From NCBI GenBank assembly GCA_951406725.2, contig OX597839.1, positions 31,620,001 to 31,684,000 on the forward strand: a stretch of DNA of 64,000 nt. Direction: 5' to 3'. Of the stretch, positions 49,561 through 63,650 are shown piece after piece. The notes below the pieces were generated by a model that worked only from the letters and a program-made list of their open reading frames with translations, was not told the origin of the DNA and searched no databases. The translations under genes were made by a program, and so were the position numbers. The DNA comes from Octopus vulgaris. Taxonomy: Eukaryota. How positions within the stretch are numbered: position 1 is the stretch's first letter; each line of letters starts with the position of its first letter.

Positions 49561-52289
49561 ACGGAGGTGACGACAAGGATATCTTTTGAAATGTGTGCTG
49601 TTTCATTTAATGTTGCTGAAGACAGGTTAAACAGCTGTTACACCAAAAATCATTTAAAACTACCCGAAACCAGATAAGACTTCAAAAGCCATGCAGGGGC
49701 TGGGAGCACTGTTCAGCGTATTTGGAATTATTTATGAGAAAAAGAGAGAATTGTTTCCCTCAATTGACTGCTGCAGTCACAAACTTTTAAATTAAAAATG
49801 ATAAGTGGTGATGGGTAGACTAATTGACTCAACAAAATGAACTTACAGACATTATTAATTTTTTTAATTGTATTACCAGAAGGATATAGTTCAAATATGA
49901 GATTAAAGAGACACAGTGGTTGAATTCATAGAGATGGGTGTTGACCTACAAGCCAAAGGATGGCTGGTTCATTTCCTATCACCAGCACTGTACTAGTCCC
50001 TTAACAAAGAAATTTGACTCTCATTTGCCCAGTCCACCTAGCTGTAAGAGAACTGTGTATGAAAAGGATTTCAGAGTTCAAATCCTACCCAAAACCTAGA
50101 TAAGGCAAGAAGGTAACCACACTTGTACATCATTCCTTTATTTCAACAAAAAATAGAATATTATTCTGTGTGATAACAATCATGATATATATGTGATAAA
50201 ACAAGGTGTTTTTCGTAACCTAATAAGCAAGCTGCTAGAATAGAAATTTCTCTTTTATTTTGCTTTCTTGGTGTCACTAATAACAAATGAAATAACAACA
50301 ACAATGTTTATTCTTTCCAGGCAGCTAATTAACCTATAATATAAGTAATTAAAGTACAGTTGTTAAGCATCATTGCTTCTTGAGAAAGCTGCCTTTCTCT
50401 CACCAATTCAGTTCTATGTAAAATAGATATAATTTCCTTTGGCTCTAGAAGTCTGTTTGGTTTATGAGAGAACATTCTAGACGTGTAAAATGAACAAAAA
50501 AATATATATAATAATAATAATAATTTACATTAATATTTCTTCAAAGAGGAATGCAAATTTCCTTTGATGAAAAAGCAGCACATATATTTGAAGTGTAAAA
50601 GATAGCTTGTGGGTGATTAGTGTGAAGGAGTGTCTCAGTCTTAGCAGATGAGGATAATGAAGAGTAATGTCTGAAAAGTGGGAGAGAAGAGGAGGAGGAA
50701 ACACAAGGTGGGAGTGAAATCATTATACAAAACAAAATACAATTGATTTAATTACAGAAATGATAATTTATTAACCCACCTGGAATAGCTGCATCTTCTA
50801 TGAAATACAAAAACTAGTGGTTTTCAAGTGTCTGTAACTAAAATTAAAACCTTCTGAATTGTTATGAGGATCTGGGTTCCAAACACCAGCTTAATATTAG
50901 GAAAACCAGTTATTTTACTAAATCCCTCCAAATTCTTGATTATTTTCAAAAATTAATTGAAATGTAGACTGTTTCATTAGAAACAGGGTTGCTATGAGTT
51001 TGAGGAAAAGTGAAGGGACAAATTAACCCTTTAAATGCTAGTCTGGTGTCTTCATTGTGTAAATAGTTGGAGAGCAAGTATCAATTGAATGTTACTGAGA
51101 AATAAGTAGGGTTACTCTAGAAATAAATGGCAACTTTTGTCTCTCTTGGTTATCTTGTAACAGTAGGCAGGAGGTCTAAGTAAATTATACTCTGTACTTA
51201 CATATACACACCCACAGACACACATAAATGCTCACTAACTTACTTATATGCAGAAATACATATGTAGTGAAATGCATAAACACATAAAGCGAAACAGTTT
51301 CTCTCTCTCACACATACACAGTTTTATAAGCACAGACAGAAGCAGCCAGATGAAGAAATGCATGTATGGCAATATGTCTAAAACGATATTACCTAAAGAC
51401 ATTTGAGTAGCTCAGGGCAATCATTCAAATAAATAATAAAGATATTCCTGTGGGGTGCCTAATGAACAAGCAACTGGTTATCATCAAATTGATAATGGTT
51501 AAGTCATTGAGAATTGATAAATATATTGGTCAAAGGAGCAGAACGGAAAAATAAGACATTCTACTGCATTGAGGAAACCTCAAGAGGAATGGAATGGAGT
51601 AGAAGGTCAAGAGAAAATGAGAAAGGAATGCATTACCAATGTCATACGATCAAAAATTACAAACGCAACAAGAGAACAAATTATGGTTCTTCTGTAGCCA
51701 TAAACATTGACTATAAACAAATTGTAGTGAAAACTTGGGAGGATCAGGTTGTATTGCTTTAACGGTTTACTGTTATGCCAATTCCGATTAAAGGATTGAA
51801 TTTTCTTTTACTGAAGAATATAGAGAAGGAAAAGTCAAAAATTTACCATCCTTCTAATTTAGTCTTATATTTTGTGAATAATATTTCCAATTTGGAAAGA
51901 AGCCAAATTCGAGAGCTTTGTATGTTGTTTGATGTTTTATTTGTTTCTGTTTAAAAACATGTTGCATTCATAAAGAGGAATTTATCTGAATTTTGCTGGA
52001 AATATATTTTGGCAATGAAATACCAAAGTCATTATTTAACAATTATGAATCTTAATAGAGACAGAATCAAAACAAAAGATTGCTAAGGGATAGAAGGAAA
52101 GTTTACTATCAAAGAAGTTCATTAAAACCTAACAAAAAGGAAGCTTATGTGTGTATATATATATATGTATATATATATATGAGATGGTAAAAAAAAAGAG
52201 ATAACTATAATAAATGTATGTTGGCTGTGTAGTTATGGTGATGGAAAGGATGACCTTAATGACCATGTGTTCAAATATAACCAATTAGA

Positions 52290-52640
52290 AGAGGCGAGAG
52301 AGACAAGGAAGGAAGAGAAAAGAGAGAAGCAAGGACTAGGAAAAGAGTGAAGAGCTGTAAAGAGTGGGAAGGGGGAGAGGCAGGGACCAAGACAGGAAGG
52401 GGTGTAAATAGGGAGAGAAAATAGGCAAGAAAGGGAAAGGTAAGGGGCAAAGAAGTTGAGGGGAGAAAAGAGAAGCACAAAAAACTGGTGTTAAGACAGA
52501 AAAACACCAAGATGGAATGATAGAGAAAAAGGGGTAGGGAAGAAAAGTAAGGAGGAGATAAGAAGAAGAAGGAGAGAAGGATAAAAGAGACAAGATGGGA
52601 TGATAAGAGATATGAAGGAAAAGAACAAAGAGAGTTTTGG
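52290..52640. repeat. Purine-rich low-complexity tract
   Basis: Mostly G and A on the + strand. Confidence 0.8.
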
Positions 52641-52885
52641 AACCTAAAATAAAGGGTGATAAGTTCTAGTTTAAATTTCAAAGATAGGTTTTCAACAAGC
52701 GTTGGAGTTGGAGAACGTTTTGAAGTTCTATCTGTAAATATTTACAAACATTTTCATCAAAGACAAACATACATGCATGCATCATACATACATCCATAAA
52801 TAGTTGATGGAATTTATCCTCTTAAAGGATTTTACCATTACTTTTCTAATAGTTAGTTTAATGCCACAAAGCTAAATAGCTAGGA

Positions 52886-52925
52886 TTTGAACTCACAAGC
52901 TTTGAACTCACAAGCTTTGAACTCA
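52886..52925. repeat. 15-bp tandem repeat TTTGAACTCACAAGC, about 2.7 copies
   Basis: Read directly from the sequence. Confidence 0.9.
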
Positions 52926-53562
52926 AGCAGCTCACCAACTTACCTCCTCAGCTCTCTGCTCCTCTTTATTTATTTAATAGTGGTAAATCAAGATTTAAAA
53001 GTAAACTTACATCTTTTCTATAGCTGGTGGGTTTGGTTTTGGTTTTAAAATCTTAATAGCTTATTTTCCATCAAAAATATAATAGAAAAATAAAATGCAA
53101 ATCTAATTTTCTTAAAGTAAAATTTAATTTACAATATAGTGTAATCAGATAACAAGTTAAATTGAGAATATTTTAGTTTATTGTATAAAATATTTGTAAA
53201 TTATTCTTTTATTTTTCTTCGTGGAGTGTCATATTAGAACTCTTCATACACAACCAATTCCAATATATTCTAAATTGTTTAAAACTTGAAACTTTAGATA
53301 TTAGATTCCCTAAGGAATTAATAGGAAAGACACTTTCACACAAACTTCATTTAAACAACTGAATTATCTATCCAGTTCCAGATCAAATTGATCTCTCTCT
53401 CTTTTTATACACACACACACACACACACATCCATCTACATCTGTATGTATCTATCTTTCTGTCTATCTGTCTGTCTATTTGTCTATGTATGTATCTATGT
53501 ATCTATCCATTCATCTATCTGTCCATTTATGTTTTCATTCCTCAATCTCTTCATTCATATAC

Positions 53563-53772
53563 CCATCCATCCATCCATCCATCCATCCATCCATCCATCC
53601 ATCCATCCATCCATCCATCCATCCATCCATCCATCCATCCATCCATCCACCCACCCATCCATCCACCCATCCATCCATCCAGCCATCCATCCATCCACCC
53701 ATCCATCCATCCATCCATCCATCCACCCATCCATCCATTCATCCATCCGTCCGTCTGTCTATCCATTCATCC
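53563..53772. repeat. (CCAT)n tetranucleotide array
   Basis: Read directly; explains the HPSI and MDGW ORFs. Confidence 0.95.
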
Positions 53773-55475
53773 ATTTTCCATTACTTACATTTGAGAGATT
53801 ATTACTATTATTATTATCATTATTATTATTACTATTATTATTATTATTATTATTATTATTATCCTCTAAAGAGAACTCAAAGTGATTATCAATCTCAGGT
53901 TATATTCTGAATTATGAATGAATTATTAATTTAAAATACTTTTTACAATGCTTTATTATGAAGATGAGTCCCTGGAGACTGTCGGCTATTTCATAGATAA
54001 GTAGGTATGGATAGACAGATCAACCGATAAAGCAGATAGATTAAAGCAATTTCACACGTGTTCAAAGTAATTGAAACCTGTTTTTCCACCACTAATGTCT
54101 AAACATGGAAAAAACATTACCAGGTAGTTTAACAAATTGTCTTTATTACTTGTCTCAATCAATAAGGAAGGTGTGCAGTGCAAATTTTCTAAAGGCAGGT
54201 TTTTTTAGAGTAAGGGGAGGGCTGGGGCCCCCAACTATTCAACATTCGTATAAACTTGTGTATTAGGAAATGATTTTTAAATAATATATTTTATACTATT
54301 GTACAGTGGAGACTAGTTTTATGCTACGGAAACTTAGCAAAAGATGCTTAGGGAGTGTAAGTGAAAAGGATCGAAATCAAAAGAACCTATGAATATTAAG
54401 TGATGATATCAAGTTTGCTAAAGTCTAAAACTGTGTGTGTGTGTGTGTGTGTGTGTTGCCATTCCTGCAGTGTATTCAACAGTTGAAACCAATGATGGAA
54501 CTTCTATGTGGCCATTTGACTGAGTATCAAGAGCCGCCAGGGAACAAAGTGTACAGCCATGCAGAACATGTTCATGTTTTCTGTGAGAACTTCCTTACAG
54601 TCTCCACAATTAATTTCAGTCATTTTGTGATGACAGTCATCATGGGTAGTAGTAGTAGTAGGAGGAGGAGGGGGAGGAGGAGAGGAGGAGAGGGAGGAGT
54701 AGCAGCAGCAGCAAGAAGCAGCAGTAGTAGCGGTAGTAGCAGCAGCAGCAGCAGTATGAGGTCATGTGCGGTAACAGCATGTTGTTGCATCCACCATTTG
54801 TTGGGGATTCCCTCCTGCTCCTAGCTGATGACACCTTTGCACCACTCAAGCAATAATCCTCCAGCCCATGGGTCTTCTTGGGTAGTCGTTGCTGATGAGG
54901 GTTCTATAAGGTCAGAGTGCAAATCCTACATCAACTTCTTTTAGCTGCCTTTATCATTGCACACAGAGGAAACAGTGGGTGCAAAGGAATGCCAGTTGCA
55001 CATGCATTTTGGCTGCACAGCATGAGTGGTCACCAAACTTTCTAATGAAATCCTCATAGGTCCCACCTCAATGAACATAAGCTATTTTTGGTTGTTCAGT
55101 CTTTGCCTAACAAGATCTAGTTCTTTAGTTCTGGCCACATACATTACAAACTAAGCCCCTATCTACTTCAGATGTCTCTGTCATGCCCTAATGCCAGACT
55201 TTAATTACAAAGTTCCTTTAGGCCTCTAATGTCAACATTGGCTTATTGCACTGAACCAGAACATTTGGCCTTGCTCTCTGCCGTCTGTCTTCCTGTTTGA
55301 CATCAGCTTTCACAACCACTTGCACATGTCATTCATAATGTAGTGAATTAGCACCAAATACAATATTAAAGATTGTGGCATGAATAGCAGCAGAATATTT
55401 GAGATATTTTCATTGAAACAGTTCTTTCATGTCAAAACACTCTCTCTTTCTCTGAAGGGAAATATTCTAAGCACT

Positions 55476-55513
<38 letters not shown>

Positions 55514-56916
55514 TGATTAGTGTTTGCTTAGAGTCCTACTTAATAATCAAGTATTTCTTTACAATGTTAGAAAGAGAATGTTACAAATTCACTTCTAAAA
55601 ACATAATTATGTTGAATAGAACAAGCTTCAGCGATCAAGGAATTTTCTGCTGAATTAATAACATAAAATTTTTAAAAATAGCGATAAAATTCTGAGTCTA
55701 CAAAACTTAATAGAATTTAAAATAGAAAAAAAAAGAAGTATTTTATACTTTCAAGGTTTAGTATTATGTATAGGTACATTGATAAATATCATTACAGATT
55801 AGTAAAATGAAAATGCGAGAAAAGCTTAGATAAGAAGACTCAAAGGATGGCATCTGAACTATTCTGGGTGAATATTAAATGAATTTCTCTATAAATACTA
55901 AATAGTCTACAGAAGGGTTTTCTGAAAAGCGAATGTTAAAAAGCCCTTTGCAAAGAAGAAGAAGAAGAGGAAATAAATTGCAATCAGACAGAAGAAAGGT
56001 CGGGACAGGTGAAAGAGGGGGCAATTTTAAAACATCTTTGACACTTTTATTGCTAATAGGAAGAATTGTGAAAGGAAACTAGTTAAATAGGAAATACTAA
56101 TATGTCTGTTGGAGACAGAGGCGTGTGTGTGTGTGTGTGTGTATGTGTATATGTGTGTGTGTTTGTGTGTGAGTGTGTGAGTGTGTGTGTGTGTGTGTGT
56201 GAGAGAAAGACTCCGTGTAGTCGACTGGCATTTTGAGCTGATTATACAAAAATTGAATGCAATACAGAATTAAAACATAAATATTAATTGACTGGCACAA
56301 AACAGAGCCAGTAAAGTCTAGTTGTTGTTCGAATCTGTGATATTAGCTGACGAGGCTGAGGGATGGGAATGTTGATGTAAAAAAAAAAATATTTTAAGTC
56401 TGTTTCTTCACTGTGACAAAAAAAAACTCAAGAAGCATCAAAGAAGGAATCTTCTTCTTCTTCTCTCATTTATCTATTTTTATTCATATAAAAGCTCCAT
56501 CGTTCTGATGACAGTCAATATATTCTGGTTAATGTAATCTGTTTCTTGAAGATGATTGGTGGAAAGGGAGTGAATGCAAAGCTGTTTTGCTTGTCACATT
56601 ATTCTATCCCCACCTCCAACATTTAAAATCTTAACTCTATTGAAATAAACTCATTAAAATAACTTATAAGCAATATGCTTAAAGAAAATTACATTTTTCT
56701 AAACTGCAGCTTCTTTATTTTTAAATACACGTTTGTATATCTATCTATCTATCTTGCTATCTGTGTATACTTGCTCGAGTACTGTTGATTCTTTAATTGT
56801 CAGTGTTACTTTTGGTGGTTTGAACAAGCGTTTTAACTCTTATCTCTAGCAGGCAGATGCAGATGTGTGTTCTTATGAGTGATATAATTATATATATATA
56901 TATATATATATATAAT

Positions 56917-57055
56917 AGGCGCAGGAGTGGCTATGTGGTAAGTAGCTTGCTAACCAACTACATGGTTCTGGTTTCAGTCCCACTGCGTGGCATCTTGGGC
57001 AAGTGTCTTCTGCCTTGTGAGTGGATTTGGTAGACGGAAACTGAAAGAAGCCTGT

Positions 57056-57112
<57 letters not shown>

Positions 57113-57304
57113 ATGTGTTTGTTCCCCTAGCATTGCTTGACAACCGATGCTGGTGTGTTTACGTACCCGTCACTTAGCCGTTCGGCAAAAGAGACTGATA
57201 GAATAAGTACTGGGCTTACAAAGAATAAGTCCCGGGGTCAATTTGCTCGACTAAAGGCGGTGCTCCAGCATGGCCGCAGTCAAATGACTGAAACAAGTAA
57301 AAGA

Positions 57305-57305
<1 letters not shown>
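56917..57305 (+). mobile_element. SINE family A, full length, young, with a 23-bp internal deletion
   Basis: Near-identical to 22830-23224; flanked by TA arrays. Confidence 0.95.
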
Positions 57306-57343
<38 letters not shown>

Positions 57344-58099
57344 TGTATGCATGTGTATAGGAGTGGTATGTGTGTGTATACACATAAGGTGGTGGAGACA
57401 GTCAGTCTTCTTATCAAACCAAAGAAATCATTTCCACTAATATTAACAAAAGTGTCACTGTTTTATGGTAACAGGACAGGAATTGAACTCAGGGTGTGGA
57501 GAATTGGAGAAAGTCCAACCAGTCATTCTACCAATTTATTGTGTGTATGTAAGTTAGATAAAAAAAAAAAACAATCCAGGAACCATCCAGATATTACAAA
57601 AAAATATGATGCCAAGGAACTGACAGCTGAAGGATCAGAGCAGCTGTGGTTTTATGCAATAAACATGGTTGCAATAACAAACTTCTTGTCTTGCCAGTTG
57701 GGAAGATGTCTCACTGAACAATAACCAGATTCTCAATCAGATACACCACATCCATTCTTCAGGGAATGAGGAAGCCCTTATTAAAACTACTAGAGTGTAT
57801 CACCACTCAGCTGAAATGGGTTTTGGTCATTTCTTGCTTTTAGCAAATTTTTATAAACCTTCACACAAAAACAGAAAAAAAAAAAGAAATTCAAGTGGCA
57901 AAATAATACTTTGTTGAGTAAAAGTTGATAATAAAGAAAGTCTGCGATATAAGGAGGAGGCACTTTCACACCTTTGCTCCAGCTTGGAACGGATGACAGA
58001 GGTAAGGTGTGTGTGTGTATTTATCAAAGAGACAAAAAAAAAAACAAAGCAAGAAAAGAAACAAGTGACATGAAATATATGGGGTGGGGTGGGGGTGGG

Positions 58100-59560
58100 G
58101 TACCCTTAGAACTAGAGACTGACTGTGAACAAAGGGAAAATGCTTGGAAAAGAAATGTGAAACAAGCGAAAGAATATTATTTAAGCTGAGGCCAGATACA
58201 AAAGAACTGAAGAGACCAGTGAAAACAAAGAGTTAGGCTAGAAAAGAAGAAGAAGAAGAAGCTGCAAGACAAAACAGAATTTAGCAGAAGCTGGCTTTAA
58301 AAACAACAATAATAGTCAGAATATTTTTGAGTTGGTGAAATGGAAGGAGAGAACATGATGAGATAATAAGATGGAGCGTAAACAAAGATGAAGAAGATAA
58401 CACACGAACACAGCTGAAGTACATGAATTGAGGAAAGATTATTCTGAGCGACAGATTTATGCTCTAAGTGCCTCCACAACCAAGAAGCAATATCAGAAAT
58501 TATGGATGGCCCCATCTGATGCTGATACTCAGGTAGAAATAACAAAACAAGGAATAGATAAGCAATAAAATAAACAAAACAAAAACAACCTATAAACCTT
58601 GATTATTGATGCCATCAGTGCTAAAGTAGTAAAAGAGGATAAGAAGAGCACATGTTAGACATAAAAAGAAAAACAGGTGGGTTCATGTTCCACCTAACAT
58701 TCAAGAGAGAGAGAGGGAGATAGAGAGAGGGGGAGAGAGGGGGAGTGAGAGGGGGGAGAGAGAGAGGGGGATGAGAGAGAGAGAAAGAATAATTGGTCAA
58801 CCTAAAACAACACCAGCCAATGTAGTCCATGTACTGAGAATGAACCCTAAAGCACCTGGTTCCAAAGTGAGATAAAGATAATGGGGGAAAAAAATAATAA
58901 ATGATGGGGAGCAAATGGCACCAGCTGAAAATAAGTGCTATGTCCGAAAAAGAACAAAGGATAATAGTTTGAATGAAGGCTGAAGAATAAATTTCGGTGG
59001 CCAACATGAAAGTGTTATCATCAAATGGAGACAGCTCGTTGTGAATGTTACAAGACTCCAAACAGTTTGTACAAACACCACTGAAAGAGGTGAGTAAGTT
59101 TGTGTGGATGGATAATACATGAGGACTGATTCCATCTGGCTGCCAGTTTGGAGATCAAAGGGAAGGAGTTCAAACCTTTCCAAGGATATTTAGTCATTTA
59201 TCACTTCTGAACAAGGAGCACAAGTCACAGACTGACAGCTTGAGCATGTGACTTCTGGTTGGTTTGGTGGATATGTGATGAAGGAGTTGGAGGGGAGAGA
59301 GAGAGAGAGAGAGAGAGAGAGTGTGTATGGACAGACAGACAGACAGACAGACACACACACACACAGAGTCTTTGGATAGAAAAAAAAAACCTAAGTGAAA
59401 AAGGAAAAAAATCCCACCCAAGGAAGAAATGTTTCTCGTTTCTTTTTGATGTGATAGGAAATGAGATAAGCTCCAGTTTGTAGTCTGGAAATTTTTAAAA
59501 AAGCAGGACAACAACAAAACAAGGAAAATGTTATCAAGATTCACGAATGGTTAGAGAAGA
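58100..59560 (+). mobile_element. Ancient RTE (BovB-like) LINE remnant
   Basis: KRNVKQAKEY linker motif and weak post-RT and C-terminal resemblances; 58905-59085 aligns with 61020-61188. Confidence 0.5.
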
Positions 59561-60125
59561 ACCAGTAAAAACATACACAATTCAGTAAGTAATGTATTGT
59601 TACTGTTGCATTGTTTTATAGTCTCTGCAGCTCAGAGATGTTGAAAACCACCAACCTGACGGCTAATATTTGTGTCTCTATTTGTTGAAGCACAATAGAC
59701 CTACTTTGGAGTATTTTAATCTCCTCTCACATATTGTTAAGTCTAAATATTTGGCTCAACTGCTGGCATTTCTAGAAAATTCTAGTGAAATATATTGACT
59801 GCCTATAACAGGGAAAATTAAATTTAGTTTTATAATTGCATCTTGAGAAGATCATAAAAATAATTTTCCTTCATCTTAAGACAGTTGTAGTAAAATTTCC
59901 AACGAATCACTCGTTTTGTATTTACAGAAGTAATTAGTAAAAATGGGGGAGAGTAGTAGAGGGTGGAAGGGTCTGGTTAAAGAAGTCCAAAATAGATTTC
60001 ATTTCACTAATGCTCTTGGGAAAAGTATGAATGCCACAGCTTCCAATTCAACCTTACCCTTTCAATGATTAAGTCTCATATATACAGTGAGAGAAAACAT
60101 TGAGAAATCCTTCCAATCTACATTT

Positions 60126-60320
60126 CTTGTTGTTGTTGTTGTCAGTTCTGATTGAGTAAACTGGTGATCAAAGGTGTTCCAGCTGAGATTAGCCAGTTTT
60201 TTTTTATATATTAAATATTTCCTCCCTTTTTAAAAATAATAGATGTGATTTATGTGAGATTTAGCTGCTAACTCTAGCAGGGCAAATAACACTGCAGTGG
60301 CTGCCTTACTGGTTCAGCTT
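60126..60320 (-). repeat. Repeat family E with (CAA)n tail
   Basis: GTTGTTGTT...TGATCAAAGG..TCCAG...TAGCTGCTAACTCTAGCAGG. Confidence 0.7.
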
Positions 60321-60599
60321 GTCTCATACATGTCTCATACATTGTCATACAAAGTGAAATTTTCAAGATATATAAACATTGTTACTTATTGATACTTTAC
60401 AAATATGGTAATTTACTAAACCATTCTTAACCATGTGAAAGCCATTTAATCAAAAAAGACCTCTATAAGCTATAGGCTGGTCCTTTTCTTTCTGAAGTAG
60501 CATTTGGTAGACAATAAACTTACCAACAAAAACTAGAAGAAAAAAAGAAAAAATGAAAGCAAGACTCTCCCATAGGTTAACTCCTCCTATATCTCATAA

Positions 60600-61190
60600 G
60601 GTTAATACATCAATGCCTTCAAGAAAGAAGAGATTAAGGGCAGAGTCAGACCAGACTGTTTTCATCTTCAAGTCCTGTATTCTGATTTGATTCTGAAGAG
60701 TTTACAAGTCAAAATTAGCAATAGTCAGATGGGGTTCAAAGATTTGGCATCTGTCAAACTAAAAACAACGAAAGGACAAGAGAAGATTTCAGTGGATGAG
60801 GAAGGAAACGGGTGTCTGTGACATTCTCAAAGGCAAAACAGTTGAAGCAGAACTGGACAGGTTACATGACAAGAACAACAGAGAAAAAAACCAGCCTCTG
60901 AGGTTAACAAACTAGACCCACTTCACCCAGAAACTACAACTGAAGCTATGATCATCTACAGACTCCTATGGTGAACAATTTTGACAAATTGAGATAAAGA
61001 TAGTAGAGGGAAACAAGACTAGAGCAAGTGGCACCAACTGAAAACAACAGCTTTATTCAACAAAGGATATTTTGAATGAAAGCTGAAGAATGAATTTAGG
61101 AGCCAACATAAAAATGTTATTACATATGAAGTTAGCCTATTCTAAAACGTTACATCCTACAAACAGTTTATAACAAACACCACTCAAATT
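60600..61190 (+). mobile_element. Ancient RTE LINE RT remnant
   Basis: RVRPDCF...LYSDLILKSL resembles GVRQGCV...LYSEMILREL; homologous to 58905-59085. Confidence 0.5.
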
Positions 61191-61274
61191 TTAAGGATAA
61201 TTATAAGTGTTGCTAGCATTAGATTTATGTTTAAAATGGATAATTGATACAAATGAGAAAAAAAACTGGCTTCA

Positions 61275-61478
61275 TTAAGTGGTCATGCATCTTGCTAGAA
61301 ATAGAAGCTAAGTCTCTCTCAAATCCATGTTCCAGTCTTAAAAACAGGGAAGATCACACTGGATTGGATAGCATTAGATAACCGGTCTATAAAAATAAAG
61401 GGCAGGGCACTGTTGGGATGCCACTAGTTGTGGAGCTGCTCAATCAAGGTTTACCTGGGATTAATCAGACAAAAACAA
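61275..61478 (+). repeat. Repeat family E
   Basis: TTGCTAGAAATAG...CTGCTCAATCAAGG..ACCTGGG. Confidence 0.7.
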
Positions 61479-61884
61479 ACAAAATAAAACAGGTCTTTTT
61501 TTTTTAGTGGAGTTATTAATTTCAGTTTTAAAATGTAAAAACTGAATTAAACAGAGACGCAAAGTGAGTTGTGAAACATTTCTAATGTTCTTTAATAAAA
61601 CGGCATTGAAAAGATATCATGTGAGATATGAGTGATTTCTTGTCTCCTGGACTTGAGAAACAGTATTTTGGTTTCTTTCAATCACCAGAATGTGTTCCTT
61701 GTGTTGCAATGCCTAACTTGTTTCTATAGAATTTGGTCCGATTGATAAGGAGATGGCTAGCAATTGATGATGCTGATAGGAGACGAGGAGAGCTTATAAC
61801 AATGGAGCACAACACACAATAGGGTAAGAGTTTCTGTGAAAGGCAACATTGTTATTTTAGCTTCAGTGAGTAACATTAGATACA

Positions 61885-61922
<38 letters not shown>

Positions 61923-61940
61923 TGATAATAATAATAATAA

Positions 61941-62079
61941 CGTATTGAGAAGAGCATTGTCGAATCACTATTGAGTTTGGTTTAATGGCCTACCAATGTA
62001 TACTATGAGTTTCTTTGCCCTAGGAGTCGGGAAGACACTCGGCAAGAAATGGAAGCAAATTTGAAAGAAGAAAAAAAAA

Positions 62080-62080
<1 letters not shown>
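61941..62080 (+). mobile_element. Short insert within a (TAA)n array, probable truncated 3' end of a TAA-targeting LINE
   Basis: (AAT)n at 61888-61940 and from 62081; A-rich end. The Dong/R4-like identity is an inference. Confidence 0.45.
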
Positions 62081-62131
<51 letters not shown>

Positions 62132-62133
62132 TG

Positions 62134-62170
<37 letters not shown>

Positions 62171-62889
62171 TGATGATTATGATGATGATGATGAAAACTG
62201 GTCATAGTTTTAGTTAAGAATAACAGAAAATGATTTCTAAATTTAATTTTCGATGAGATGTAATTTTTCTTATCTGCCAATTGCTAACCAATGAGATGGA
62301 AGAGAATTATCATAAAACCATTCTCCTCCTCAGCTAAAAGCTCTAACCCTTTGCCTGTCTGTAGCCAAAACAAAACTGCTCACTCTGTGCTATTTACAAG
62401 CAGAATGACCTTCTTTCAGGAACACTAGCAACATCAAAAATCAAGAAAACGAAATGTATTGATTTAAGCCAAGACAAAAACTATTTCTGTTTTATTTTAT
62501 GAATTTTAATATCAACATTGTTCATGTCTGCTCTCCTAGTTTCTCTGCTGTTAACTTTTTTATTTTTTATATTTGGTGTGTGTGTGTGTGTGTCTGTGTG
62601 TGTGATTCTAGATATACATCTCTGTAGAGAACGAGGTATATGCCAGTGTTTATGTGTGTGTGTGCATATTTGTTATCGATGTCTCGCAGCTATATGTCCT
62701 TTTTAAACATTTATCCAGTCGCACTAGTACTCCTTAGTTTCCATGGAGATCTCTCCTTTTCTAACCTCACTCCAGGTAAAGAGTGCTTTGGTAGGGAGTA
62801 AATACAAAAAAAAAAAATATATATTTTTTTTAATGTATTTATTCATAAGTGAAGCAACTTTAAATAGCTTAAATACTGAACAACTATAG

Positions 62890-63062
62890 GGTACCTCAGC
62901 CTCCTAGAAACAGCAGTTATTTCCCCCTTAAATCCTACCTTACTGGTTAAAAAAAATACTTTTTAAATTAAGAAAGAAAAAAGCAGGATAGTCATGGCAG
63001 GAACATCTTTGATCATATGTCTACTCAATCAATACTGACCCGAGGTTAAACAACCACAACAG
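62890..63062 (+). repeat. Repeat family E
   Basis: CTAGAAACAGCAG...CTTTGATCATA...CTCAATCA..CTGACC..GGTTAAACAAC. Confidence 0.7.
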
Positions 63063-63170
63063 TAAATCCTAAACTTGTTTATGATAAAAGCAATTAACCC
63101 CAAAATGTATATATGGCATCTGGAAATCAAACAAGAAATGGTCTGTGTAAAGTATTAAAACATAAATGTG

Positions 63171-63229
<59 letters not shown>

Positions 63230-63371
63230 TAGACAACCACATATTGAATGAAGTTGGCTTATCACACCTGAACTTCAACATAAAGAACTGACTTCACTGT
63301 TTTCGAAATTATTGGCTCTGATAATAAACTTCTGCTTTGGCTTGTGGACAAATGACTTTATCTACTTCTGT

Positions 63372-63558
63372 ACACACACACACACACACACACTTAAGTA
63401 CATTTGTACATATATAAATGCATATTTGCATATACACATGCATATATATGTGTATGCATATGTACATATATACATGCATACATATATGTATACATCAATA
63501 TATATATATATATACATGCATATACACACATATATATATACATATACATGCATATACA

Positions 63559-63600
<42 letters not shown>

Positions 63601-63650
63601 CATGTATATACACTCATATAAACACACATACACACAGTCACACATACACT
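63372..63650. repeat. Compound (CA)/(TA)/(TACA) alternating purine-pyrimidine tract, one of many such tracts (for example 28560-28736, 35749-35863)
   Basis: Read directly from the sequence. Confidence 0.9.

Noticed and set aside
53388-53910. Long ORFs with HPSI or MDGW repeats
   Set aside because: Translations of (CCAT)n and (TTA)n microsatellites.
57137-57724. Longest ORF (195 aa)
   Set aside because: Starts inside a SINE A at a non-ATG codon and crosses (TA)n; no domain.
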